Source: Octopus sinensis (taxonomy: Eukaryota). From it: 64,000 nt of DNA. The notes under the pieces are model-generated. The model was not told the DNA's origin and did no database searches. It saw only the letters and a program-made list of their open reading frames with translations. The DNA is taken from the NCBI RefSeq assembly GCF_006345805.1, contig NC_043006.1, positions 19,344,001 through 19,408,000 on the forward strand, written 5' to 3'. Positions 52,526 through 64,000 of this stretch are shown here, in pieces. How positions within the stretch are numbered: the first letter of the stretch is position 1; each line of letters begins with the position of its first letter. The position numbers and the translations under genes were made by a program.

Positions 52526-52745
52526 TAACGTGGCAAGCTGGTACAATCATCTTTAGCACGCCGGAAAAATGCTTAGCGGCATTTCGTCCGTCTTTACTTT
52601 CTGAGCTCAGTCTTCACCGAGGTCGACTTTGCTTTTCATCCTTTCGAAATCGATAAAAATAAACGTCAGCTTAGCATTGAAATTGTTGTAATTGACTTAC
52701 CCGCTCCTCTGAACTTGCTGATCTAATGCCTAAATTTGAAACCAA
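51825..52745 (+). mobile_element. Tandem degenerate family-C SINE copies (interrupted by (TA)n and an RT fragment)
   Basis: Repeated ttagcggcatt..gtccgtcttt..gaggtcgactt..catcctttcg motifs. Confidence 0.7.
52198..52392 (+). mobile_element. Internal RTE-clade RT fragment embedded in (TA)n
   Basis: IFTLTQLLERANEYKLPLCVVFIDYEKAFDSVETNAVLNSLQRQGIEAQYVQLLREANSRCTTDI, no stops. Confidence 0.85.
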
Positions 52746-53079
52746 TGTTATATATATTTTAGCAGTACGTAAGGGAGAAAACTTAAGGCAAGTTGTGACA
52801 TAGGTTGAGCAGTAATTAATACGTTCTAAAAATGTCAATAACGAGATATTGTATAATTCACAAAAAGTTTCTTTCGATTTATTGTTGTCTTCTGTGCCAG
52901 ATTCATGGTCTGCCTTTCTTACTTACAGATAGATATTTAGCTAATTTAGTAACCACAACGCTAAACGTGTCTAATCATAAATGCATATGTAAAATCTATA
53001 ACTTATATTAACTATTTCCGGTTGCCATTTTAGTTGTTGTATTTGTTGTTGTTGGTGGTGGTGTTTCTCTTGTTGCTGT

Positions 53080-53112
<33 letters not shown>

Positions 53113-53483
53113 CAGCAGCAGCAGCAGGGTGGTGGTCTTAGTCGGCGGCAATGTTATTCTTGTTGTTGCTATTGATAGTACTATGTATTTCAACTAATTC
53201 AAACCACTATTGTGCTTGTTCAATAGTATCCATCTGATTATTTGTGTTTGATCAAATTCCCACACATTTAATAGAATACTTTAGAGATAATGAAACAAAT
53301 TATAATAAAATTCTTCTCTCGTTACAGTAAGTTTCATTTCTACATTGCTTAACCAGAGATCTAATCTTTCATTTTCTTTTCCGATATATCGCTTCGTATT
53401 GACTACAATATATTTATTTCATTTCTATGAGGGCAGGGATTGTCCTGATGAAAGTTTGGTTACGGTTTTTAATATTTAAAATG

Positions 53484-53682
53484 TATTTCTTTACTGCCCA
53501 CAAGGGGCTAAACATAGAGGGGACAAACAAGGACAGACAAAGGGATTAAGTCGATTACGTCGACCCCAGTGGGAAACTGGTACTTTATTTATCGACCCCG
53601 AAAGGATGAAAAGCAAAGTCGACTTCGGTAGAATTTGAACTCAGAACGTAACGTGCTAACGTTTCTGCCAGCTCGCTGCCTT
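53484..53682 (-). mobile_element. SINE family C
   Basis: Reverse complement of the 19683-19912 type, with an internal deletion. Confidence 0.85.
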
Positions 53683-54088
53683 TAAAATGACCAGATAGGA
53701 GATGCTTTATGACCACACTGTCACACTCCTCCCCACTCGATGAACTGTTTGATGTGAAAGTACACGAAATATGGTTGGTCTTTAAAGACGAAATCACGAA
53801 ATATACAGAAGAATCTCTGGACGACTCAGTTCTTCAACGAGCTGCTGTTATGCAGTTGACCTTCTAAAGAAAAGTTGACGGGAGTTAGGCAAGAATGCAA
53901 ATAACGGCAAAAACAAAATTACACAATCCGAAGTATTATCGATTTTGGTTAACTGTAATTTCAATTAATAGTATAATTAGAATTAAAATTTATATATTAA
54001 ACGTTAAATGATTTTTATTTTTGCTGTAGTTTCAGCTCATAGCTGCAGCCATGCTCATGCAGCGCCGTTTTTTCTTTCTCTCTTATTT

Positions 54089-54146
54089 TATTTGCTGCTA
54101 CCACCGAGATCTGCACCCGCTGTCGGCTTCACCCGGGTTCGCGTCC
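54089..54146 (-). pseudogene. 58-bp 28S (LSU) rRNA-like fragment
   Basis: Minus strand GGACGCGAACCCGGGTGAAGCCGACAGCGGGTGCAGATCTCGGTGGTAGCAGCAAATA resembles the conserved eukaryotic LSU segment ..GGGTGCAGATCTTGGTGGTAGTAGCAAATA (recalled, not aligned). Confidence 0.7.
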
Positions 54147-54278
54147 GCGGTTTCCATGCAGAAAGAGAGGGGAAGTAGTATGGAATGAAGAATTTAGGAA
54201 TTTCGGTGGTTGGACAGGTTAGTGCTTAGTAGTAGAAGAAAATATATATGTGAAGATGTATACATATGTACATATATT

Positions 54279-55476
54279 AGTTAGTTAGTTAGTTAATTTT
54301 TTGGATCAAAAAGCAAGGCCATGTAGGGGGACATGGAGTTACGTACAGGGTGGTGTTCATGTAAAGAGTTCAGGCCATTTGTGGTCAAGGGAGACTTTGA
54401 ACAAAGCGGTCGTCGGCATCTTCACTATCTCGTCCGGCAGCATATTCCATGGATCCGCAACGCGGACGGAGAAAGCCCCTCTCCTTCGATTGAGATGAAA
54501 TCGTCGCAGATAGAACTTTTCGGAGTGACCCCGCAGCCGCGGCTCTGGAGCAGGAGTGAAGAACAGCTCTTTCGAGAGGTTACACTTTCCGCTTATGATG
54601 TTGTGAGCAAGAATGAGATCACCACGGCGTCGTCGTTTTTCTAGCGAATAAAGGTCGAGTGTCTTCAGCCTTTCTTCATAAGACAAATGCTTGAGATCAA
54701 GAACCATGCGGGTAGCCAGCTTCTGGACTCTTTCGAGATGCTGTATGTCTTTGAGGAGATAAGGAGAAGAGGCTTGAATCCCGTACTCCAATATGGGTCT
54801 CACCAGAGTGACATAGAGCGGTATGAATATGGCTGCTGTGAGCATTCCGAATGACCGTCGAATCAAAAACAGAACTCCGCGTGCTTTGTTGGCAGCATGG
54901 ACGCACTGGGCCGAAGGCGAAAAGGAGGAATCCACCAAGATACCTAGGTCCTTTACCTGATCGGTCCTCTCCAGCAGCAGACGACCCGGCTCGAAATCAA
55001 GTTGAGTTGCAGGAAAAGAGCCAACAGGCAGATGACAGCACTTTGACACGTTCAGACACAGGTCCCATTCGTTAGACCATCTCCAAACTTGGTGGAGGCA
55101 TCGACGAAGATCCTTTATATCACTGCGAGGAGCGACCAGTTTGACATTATCGGCGAATAGAAGGGGTCGTCGTGAGGTCGTCAGGCAAGTCATTTATGAA
55201 GACTAAGAACAATAAGGGCCCAAGCACTGAACCTTGAGGCACGCCACTGCCCGCACTGGAGACGTCGGACAACGAACCATTAACTTGGACTTGGAAGGAG
55301 CGATCTGAGAGGAAGGCACCAACCCATCGGATGGAAACTATATGCTTGAAGCTTGACAAGTAATAGGCGGTGGGTTTACCGAATCAAAAGCTTTGGCAAA
55401 GACCAATAAAACGATGTCAACAGCATCACCATCATCGAGGATGCGCGTCACCAATTCTTCCATTACCGGTATTAGA
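54279..55476 (-). mobile_element. 5'-truncated CR1-clade LINE (RT to 3' end), inactive
   Basis: FAKAFDSVNH, GVPQGSVLGPLLFLVFINDL, FADN (D>N), KDLGI, VRPILEY, RRRRGDL, LDHKWPELFT*; (TAAC)n tail; frameshifts near 55365 and 55170. Confidence 0.92.
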
Positions 55477-55477
55477 C

Positions 55478-55539
<62 letters not shown>

Positions 55540-55971
55540 CATACAGATGTTTATACACATCGATATCTACATATACAACTCTTACTTGTATGCATATGCA
55601 CACATGCGCACCCATATATACGTGCATCTGCATGTATTATCACCCCTGTACACGCAGGTATATATACCTTACATACATACTTACATTCACACATACACAC
55701 ATACATGCATACACACACACACACACTTATATATACATGCACATATGCATGGATGCACATACACACGACTATAATTAGATGGTTGTGATATTCGAGTATG
55801 AGTGAGGAATTAGATAGGGATTAGGAGTTAAAATGTAGATTTATAAAGCTATTGGAATTACCTAAGGGGTATTGTGAGAATGTACTGTATGGTCGTTTAA
55901 GCATATGGATTTTTGGTAGAGTTTGAATGTGTGAAGAAAGCAGCCTATCCATTGCACTTATTCGGCAACCG

Positions 55972-56017
<46 letters not shown>

Positions 56018-56226
56018 TAATTTTTTTCTACTTTACGTGCATGATCGAAAACATTGGTGGATGGGACTAGTCAATCATATCGATGTACCCCCAAAACTGT
56101 TTCAACTATCAGCATTATTAGACTGTGGCCAGCCGGCATAATGGAAAATTGAGCTTTATTTGCATATAAGAAAAGTTTCCCGTAAACAAATTTAAAAGAT
56201 ATATATATTTATATAAATATATATAT

Positions 56227-56331
<105 letters not shown>

Positions 56332-56335
56332 CATA

Positions 56336-56866
56336 TCTATATATATAAAACTGTAGTTGTGTGAGTGTCTGTCCCCTTCGATTTAGATTCCTAACTACTC
56401 CCGCATTTTGCGGTGCAGTTTAACCAAATTCGGGTATCTTATAGTCGTGATTCATATCGAGCCCGTCTGGCTATTAGCGCGCGTCTACAATGAGTCTACG
56501 ATTTTTAAAATAATTTAACATCGTTTTTTATTCCATTTTAATGCATAATTTTTCGTGTGTCGATGACGGCGGAGTTGGCGTCCACGCTCACAGCTGCACC
56601 TGCGTTGCTTCCCCTTCTTCCCTCCCTCGTGAAGCTGTGGGGAAGGGAGTGTAAGGAAATCAACGTCGTAAAGCGTTGTCAAGGAGACCAGCGTTCTTTT
56701 AGAACAACGACTTCATGGCTTGAAGACACTGAGTCAACGATTTAAAAAAAAAATTACCATCATTTTTTTATTCCATTTTTAATGCATTTTTTTGCTATAA
56801 CTCTCTAAAAATGCTTATATAGTTATTTCCCTTACAAACCCGAGCAACGCCGGGCGATACTGCTAG
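56336..56866 (+). mobile_element. Non-autonomous Helitron (~530 bp)
   Basis: a|TC start (56336); 3' hairpin CCCG-AGCAACGC-CGGG (56839-56854) 8 nt before CTAG|t (56863-56866); no TIR or TSD. Confidence 0.8.
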
Positions 56867-57619
56867 TATATATATATATATATATATACTATTTTTATCA
56901 AACTGAAACTGAATTTCGTCTCTCGAAACTAACGTAACTCGGTATTGACGGTGTATACATATATCGGTGATGTACGTGGGTGGTCCTGCACTTGTGTTAT
57001 TTCATTGATTCTATGTCTCGCTGGTGGCATGTTATTAATTTGTTTCTGGTAAGCTGTAGTCTGCTAGTAGATGCTTTATATTTTTGTCTGTATTTTTTTT
57101 ACATATTTACTTAAATAAATTTAGCCTGTGTGTTTGCATGTGTGCTGAATTTCAGTTGCACAATTGGTGTGCTTACTGGAAAAATACCTATGTATTTTTC
57201 TATGTGCGCACGCGTGTATTTGTATCACCTTTTGTATTTTAGTAAAAAAAAAAAGAAATTGTATGTGAGTGTATGGGGGAACGTGTGGTCAGTTTATGTG
57301 CTGTTGTCTACATGATGTTCGGTCAATAGATACGTACACACACGTACACATATCTACTCCCATATAAACACACATACACACACACAAACAGACACACAGA
57401 GGAACACACAAATCGCAATATTGGTAAAATATGACGTGTTCTATTTCTAAGTCATTTCAGTTATTCTGAATGATCTTGGTTTGAGTTTTGTCCCATTTTC
57501 TTCAATAGTAAACTGTTACCCCATGGGGAGCAAACCAATTTGGTAATGTTAGTTTATATGAAACCTTGTATAACTAGCGTGGCTTCTTGTAGGCTACTAT
57601 CTCTACATGCAGTATACAA

Positions 57620-57844
57620 AAATACATACATACATATATATATATACATACATACATATATATTATATATAATATATATATATATCCATGTATATATATA
57701 TGTGTGTATGTAGGTATGTATGTACGTATATACATATGTATATATGCATGTGTATATACATATATATGTATCTATCTACCTGTCTATCTATTTATATATG
57801 TGTATGTCTGTATGTACACCCAAAATATATATGCATATGTATAT

Positions 57845-57888
<44 letters not shown>

Positions 57889-57991
57889 CATATATATATA
57901 TATATATATATACATGTATATATATATATATATTATATATATTTACATATATATAATATACGCATATATATACATATTCATATATATATAT

Positions 57992-58026
<35 letters not shown>

Positions 58027-58046
58027 ATATATATATATATATAATA

Positions 58047-58089
<43 letters not shown>

Positions 58090-58092
58090 TCT

Positions 58093-58128
<36 letters not shown>

Positions 58129-58151
58129 CATACATATATATATATATATAG

Positions 58152-58184
<33 letters not shown>

Positions 58185-58588
58185 ATTATATATAATATAT
58201 ATGACGTACTACCTGGGGGTTACATGGCGTGTAGCCAATTCTTCAGAGGAGTCAACAAACGCTGAAGGGTGACAGTAGGGGAGCAGAAAGTGGCGCATAC
58301 GTGAATTGTTAAAAGTAGACAACATCCGTGTAAATTACAATACAGCTTTGGTTGGATTCACTAGAATTGAAGAGAGGTGAAGTAAGCTGTGGAGGGGTGT
58401 AGAAGTGAAGGTGAGGCAGGAGGCCTGTAAATTTGAGTGGACATACACTAACACACAGATTGATGCATACATGCATACAAATACACACACACGAATGTGT
58501 ATATATATATATTTTTTTATGTGTATATATGTATATTGTTTATATATATATATACATATATATGTACATATATATATTTATATTTACG

Positions 58589-58641
<53 letters not shown>

Positions 58642-58644
58642 ATA

Positions 58645-58679
<35 letters not shown>

Positions 58680-58755
58680 CATGTATATATTGTACAGAGT
58701 GAGAATGTAGATAGATTGATGTACAAGTTTCTATCTATATCTATCTGTCTATATA

Positions 58756-58801
<46 letters not shown>

Positions 58802-58810
58802 TATATATAA
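57620..58810. repeat. (TA)n-rich microsatellite blocks flanking a short unique segment (~58203-58480)
   Basis: Direct sequence. Confidence 0.9.
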
Positions 58811-59231
58811 GCCATTTACTTTTCATTTAACGTACACATATAGACATACATACACATACATTCATACACACATATGCGCATGTAATTGTATGTACCTATA
58901 AGCGTATACTGAAATTTTTATTGCGATTTTTGTTCTTAATTTCTTGTGGTGTTATTTCGGTATTAAATTATTTATAAACTTTCAATAGTAATCGTGTTGT
59001 TACTACGATATCTATTACTGAAAATGGTATTACTTTAAGCAACAAACGGAATGCTGTACACATTTTGCCATTTTATTTTGCTTTTTCTGAATCTATTTAA
59101 ATTTTTTTTTTGTTCTTCAATATGTGATTGAAATTGAAATATATTTCCTATTTTCGATGCACACAAAACCATTCACTTATTACCGATGTCAATATTATTG
59201 TTTTTGGTGTTGTTGTTATTAATATTGCTGA

Positions 59232-59297
<66 letters not shown>

Positions 59298-59565
59298 AAA
59301 TAATTTCCCAGATAATTGTGATAGATCACGTCAATGTATTACACATACACAGATCCATATATATAAATATATATTCATATAATATATATATCTGTGTGTA
59401 TATATATATCTATATATATATATTTGCATGTATATATGTATGTATATATATATGTTTATGTATATATATATGTATGTATATACATATATATATGTATGAA
59501 AGTACAAATCTATATATATATACATACATATATGTATATATGTATACATATATATATATATTTAC

Positions 59566-59758
59566 ATAAATTCAACAATATAAAGGAATGACCCTGGTAG
59601 GCCATTCGTCTCACTAGAAAGAGCAGCCATACTCAAATCGCTAAATAGTAGTAATTCAGAAATTAAAGGAAAATCAAAAACATTTACCTTAATCTGGCTG
59701 CTCTTTCTAGTGAGACGAATGGCCTACCAGGGTCATTCCTTTATATTGTTGAATTTAT
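59566..59758. repeat. Palindrome with 64-bp perfect arms
   Basis: 59566-59629 is the reverse complement of 59695-59758; TA-rich flanks. Confidence 0.85.
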
Positions 59759-59859
59759 ATGTATATAGTCTGCGACTATTTTCTCTTTCTCACTGGACCG
59801 CTGGTGGCGAAAAAATTTCTATTGAATTTTTTGCTACCCTATATTGATTAATTAATATA

Positions 59860-59926
59860 TATTTACATATATATTTATATTTATATACGTGTGTGTGTGA
59901 ACGCATATATGCTTATATATATATAC

Positions 59927-59958
<32 letters not shown>

Positions 59959-59981
59959 TATATATATACATATACATACAT

Positions 59982-60016
<35 letters not shown>

Positions 60017-60200
60017 CCTACATATACATACATATACATATATATATACATACATATATATATGTATGTATGCAGGCATGCATGTATGTATGTATGTATG
60101 TATGTATGTATGTATGTAGTATGTATGTATCTATGTATCTATGTATGTATGTATGTATGCATGCATGTATGTATGTATGAATGTATGCAGTATGTATGTA
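59860..60200. repeat. (TA)n/(TATG)n microsatellite
   Basis: Direct sequence. Confidence 0.9.
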
Positions 60201-61083
60201 TTGCATCCGCATACGCTTGTGTTCTGTGTGTTCAAATTAATATATTTCTTTAAAATATGTCTATCAATATATGACCATACGTGTTTGCACATATATTTAC
60301 TCTACTATATATGGTAAAAGTCGCCACTTGGTTTCGAGCATAATGACTCTATCATTGTAGAGATATTGTAGATTGTAGCTGGTTGGTTAGCATTTCTTTA
60401 TTTATTTCATAGGTTATCTGAGGACTGGGGACCTCCGTCTTTGTTTTAAGTTTTATGTGACGAATGTAGGAATAATTAACTGTCATATCGTAACGTTCAT
60501 GGGCTCTCACTCTTAAGGATTTCTGTCCGAGGATTATCTCCGCACATGAAAGTGATATTAAAGTTGGGATCATTGTTCATTTGAGTCATGGAACCTAATG
60601 TCTTTGAAATCTACCCTTTTGTTGGAAGTACGTTAAGGTATCTCATCACAAATTATACACGTTTGAGAATTTTCTCCGAGAATGAAATTTTGAACGCTGG
60701 TAATTGAAGTGCTTTCAGAAAATATATACAGCATAAAAAGACAGACAGATAGATTATATAACAGGCTACCTCAAGGATTCGAAAACTCCAAGTTAATATA
60801 CAATAAGCTCCAAGTTAAAATACACGAATATGATACACCTTCTCAAACACACGTTGCTGATGTCACCTCAGACAAAACCAATAAAAATTTTCTCTGCTCA
60901 AAATCGGGCTCTTAGAAAAATAGAAATAAACGAATAGTGAGTCCTTAAGGAAACCAACCAACCGTTCAACCACACCTTCAAGCACAAAACTCTATAATGT
61001 ACACGTACTGAAATACATATCAAAACAAGAGATAAAAAGGATGAAAAAAACAAATACCGAAAAATCACTACAAAGACCTCTCT

Positions 61084-61470
61084 CTCTTACTTGTTTCAGT
61101 CACTTGACTGCGGCCATGCTGGAGCACCGCCTTTAGTCGAGAAAATCGACCCCAGGACTTATTCTTTGTAAGCCCAGTACTTATTCTATCGGTCTCTTTT
61201 GCCGAACCGCTAAGTTACGGGGACGTAAACACACCAGCATTGGTTGTCAAGCAATGCTTGGGGGACAAACACAGACACACAAACACAGACATATATATAT
61301 ATACATATATACGACGGGCTTCTTTCAGTTTCCGTCTACCAAATCCACTCACAAGGCATTGGTCGGCCCGAGGCTATAGTAGAAGACACTTGCCCAAGGT
61401 GCCAGGCAGTGGGACTGAACCCGGAACCATGTGGTTGGTAAACAAGCTACTTACCACACAGCCACTCCTG
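61084..61470 (-). mobile_element. SINE family A
   Basis: Matches the family-A copies. Confidence 0.9.
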
Positions 61471-62579
61471 TGTTGTATTTTCATAAAATATTTTGATACG
61501 CCATTTTCTTGTTTAGTCATTTCATCAAAAGTAATCAATGTGTGCTTGTGTGGGTGTGGGTGTTTCTGTGTGTGTGCTCTTGTGTTTCTGTTTGTGTGTG
61601 CATGTGTGTGTGTATTAATGTTTGTTTTTATCTTGTTTTACAATAAAACAATTTTACATTAATCGAATAGGTTACTTAGTGCTTTTCTTCAGTACAAATT
61701 TATTATTCTTAAACAAGAAAGTTGCCTACGTTGACTTCAAAGTTTTGGCAAGCTAACCCATCGTCGGAAGATGTGTTAACTCGCCGAACTTCGAAGTCAC
61801 TGTCAACAACATTCTTGCTTAAGAATATGAATATAATTTTTTCGTCTAAGTATTATCTTCCTTTCTACTTCCTTTTCTTTCTCAACAGTTACAACAGCGA
61901 TGGCTCATTACGTCATTTTCTCTAAACTAGAATTTTCACGTTCATTTTTGAATTTTTCGCGTTTCAACTTTTCTCTGGTCTTTACTCATTCCCAAAGTTG
62001 CGGGACATTTAGCGATATGTAACACCGAATCTCTAGTGATACTTTTTTTATTTTTTATTTATTTATGTACCCGAAGTGACACAGAACGGATCGAAACATG
62101 TGTCGTACTAAATAAAAATTTTTCCATCTAATTTATTAATACGTAACCGTCACTATGAAGTTCCTTCAATCTACAGATAAAACCAGGTAATCGAAACTGC
62201 GCTGGTGCTTTACATATCTTCCACTTATACATTTTGTATAATTTCTCCATTGTATATATATATATATATTTATAAATAAGGATAATATCGATATTTAAAT
62301 ATCGATCTTATCAAGTGGCCAGCATGGGAATAAATACCAAACAAAGGTAATAATTATTTAAAACTATTAAATAAGGGTATCTGAGAGATACCACCATGCC
62401 GAACAACTGACGAAGGCAGAACTTATTGGAAGCAAAGCCAGAAATCCAGGATTTGAATTAGCTAGTAAAATCTTTTTTGCTAGTTTATTTTGTCTCTCTG
62501 TCTTATCTCATGGCGCGATATGAACATTTAAGGTGGTTTTTGGTGTCGGGGTCTTGACTGCTATTTCGTCATGGTGGTG

Positions 62580-62629
<50 letters not shown>

Positions 62630-62724
62630 TAGTTCAGCAAAATTTAGATTCAGATAAATATGGTACTCCACTTAAGTACCATATTTATCTGAAACTACCA
62701 CATATATATATATATATATATATT

Positions 62725-63006
62725 ATCACCGTCACCGTGACCGACCAGGCTATCAGATGTTGCTACACATCGCTGGTCACAATGCGCTTCGCATTGTTTT
62801 AGCCTTTAAATGACGCCACCCCGCTGGCTAAGTGAGCAGGCCAACAGAAGAAAGAGTGCGTGAAAGTTGTGGCGAAAGTGTACAGCAGGGATCGCCACCA
62901 TCCCCTGCCGGAGCCTCGTAGAGCTTTATGTGTTTTCGCTCAATAAACACTCACAACGCCCGGTCTGGGAATCGAAACCGCGATCCTACGACCGCGAGTC
63001 CGCTGC
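62725..63006 (-). mobile_element. SINE with a family-B 5' half and a different 3' tail
   Basis: 62846-63006 matches the family-B head/body; 62725-62845 matches 39892-40012. Confidence 0.8.
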
Positions 63007-63159
63007 GGGATTAGTGTTATGGGATCAGACGTGTTGCTGTTTTGTCCAGATCAGCCCATTCCATCTTTTTATGAATTTCGAGATCTAGGTTGAATAATGT
63101 TTTGCTGTCCTTTCGATTTAAGGTAGATACAGTGTTATTTCTAGTTTGTCCAGTTCCGT

Positions 63160-63351
63160 CTGGCTGATGTTTGTTGTAGTAGTTCTTTTTGTGAACGTGG
63201 CAGAGATATTGATGGTGGTGGTTGCGGTAATAGTTGCAGTGATGGTTCTGGTGGTGGTTGTGTTAACCGTTGTGGTGGTGATGGTAATGGTCGTGGTAGT
63301 GCTTGTTTTGGTCGTCGTCGCTGTAGAGGGAGATTCCTATGATTTAGAATA

Positions 63352-63385
<34 letters not shown>

Positions 63386-63432
63386 TGTTGTTGTTGTTGC
63401 TGCTGCTGCTGTTGTTGTTGTTGTTGTTGTTG
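63160..63432. repeat. Degenerate and pure trinucleotide repeats (GTG/GTT, AGT, GCT)
   Basis: Direct sequence. Confidence 0.85.
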
Positions 63433-64000
63433 TAGTAAACTTTTCACTATCTCCTCATCTTACTGCTAGGAAAGCAGTATCTCCTAGAACTTCACTCCTC
63501 TTTCAATTCCAATGATATTTCTCGGCAGTCATATTTTGTTTGCTTCAGTGTGCCGTAAAAGGGGACTCGAAGGCACTCTTGACGTTATTTTAATTTTCCA
63601 ACAAAAGCTGAGCCAACAGCACTTGACGTGCCAGATGCGTTGATTCGTATACAGACAAACCAATCGAGATGTTACCTTCGCTATCGTTTTTATTTCGCTG
63701 CTATATTAAATCTTACGTTTGGAAATCGGGAGTTATTCTTGTGAGACAAGATCAATACTGAACGAAAGAGAATAATGAAGTCACAATGTCGAAAGATTTT
63801 CTAGCAGCAGCTCCGACCAAAATGCTTGCACTGTGATTCCTCTAGAACATTGAGTGTTTTATTCTCCCACACCAGGAAATCTTCCTAATTATCCTGCGGT
63901 GAAACGTCATGGGTTCGCAGTGATGATTATTATAACTTTAAGAACGAGATGTTGTTTAATGTAGTTTAAGAAGAATCAAGTTTTTTTTTTATTTTATACT

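Noticed and set aside
60352-60620. Possible GIY-YIG remnant on the minus strand
   Set aside because: Only a vague C..I.GQ..LR.R pattern; not diagnostic
62402-62458. CTGACGA-AGGC..GCCA-GAAA motif
   Set aside because: AUU triplet and no stem I pairing
63146-63469. Val-rich, poly-Ser, poly-Cys ORF resembling a membrane protein
   Set aside because: Trinucleotide repeats; similar triplet arrays occur at 53030-53170

Overview
AT-rich eukaryotic DNA crowded with microsatellites and transposons. The tRNA-headed SINE families and the (TA)n/(GATA)n/(AAT)n load suggest an octopod cephalopod (inference from repeat sequence, not from a database search). The only host gene I can support is the 3' part of a class A (rhodopsin-like) peptide-type GPCR on the + strand: exons 4815-4965 (ICL3), 7187-7306 (TM6, CWGP) and 12242-12496 (TM7, NPIIY, stop). 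Its upstream exons are not in the window. The remaining ~51 kb is transposon debris: CR1/L2-, RTE- and L1/Tx1-like LINEs, Penelope-like elements, Gypsy, mariner, Tc1, hAT, Merlin, a Helitron, a MITE and several SINE families. The most notable signal is a set of type I hammerhead-ribozyme motifs in Penelope-like terminal repeats. These mostly form large palindromes, mostly sit beside (TA)n tracts, and three diverged families share a 3' motif. Other oddities: tandem CCCH zinc fingers in a LINE ORF1, a twice-present Gypsy/LINE-ORF1 junction, an ORF1-only LINE whose tail matches a SINE tail, a mariner-hAT rearrangement, a 58-bp 28S-rRNA-like fragment, and dsRNA-forming inverted repeats in the GPCR introns. 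All motif and family calls were made by eye and need alignment or HMM confirmation.
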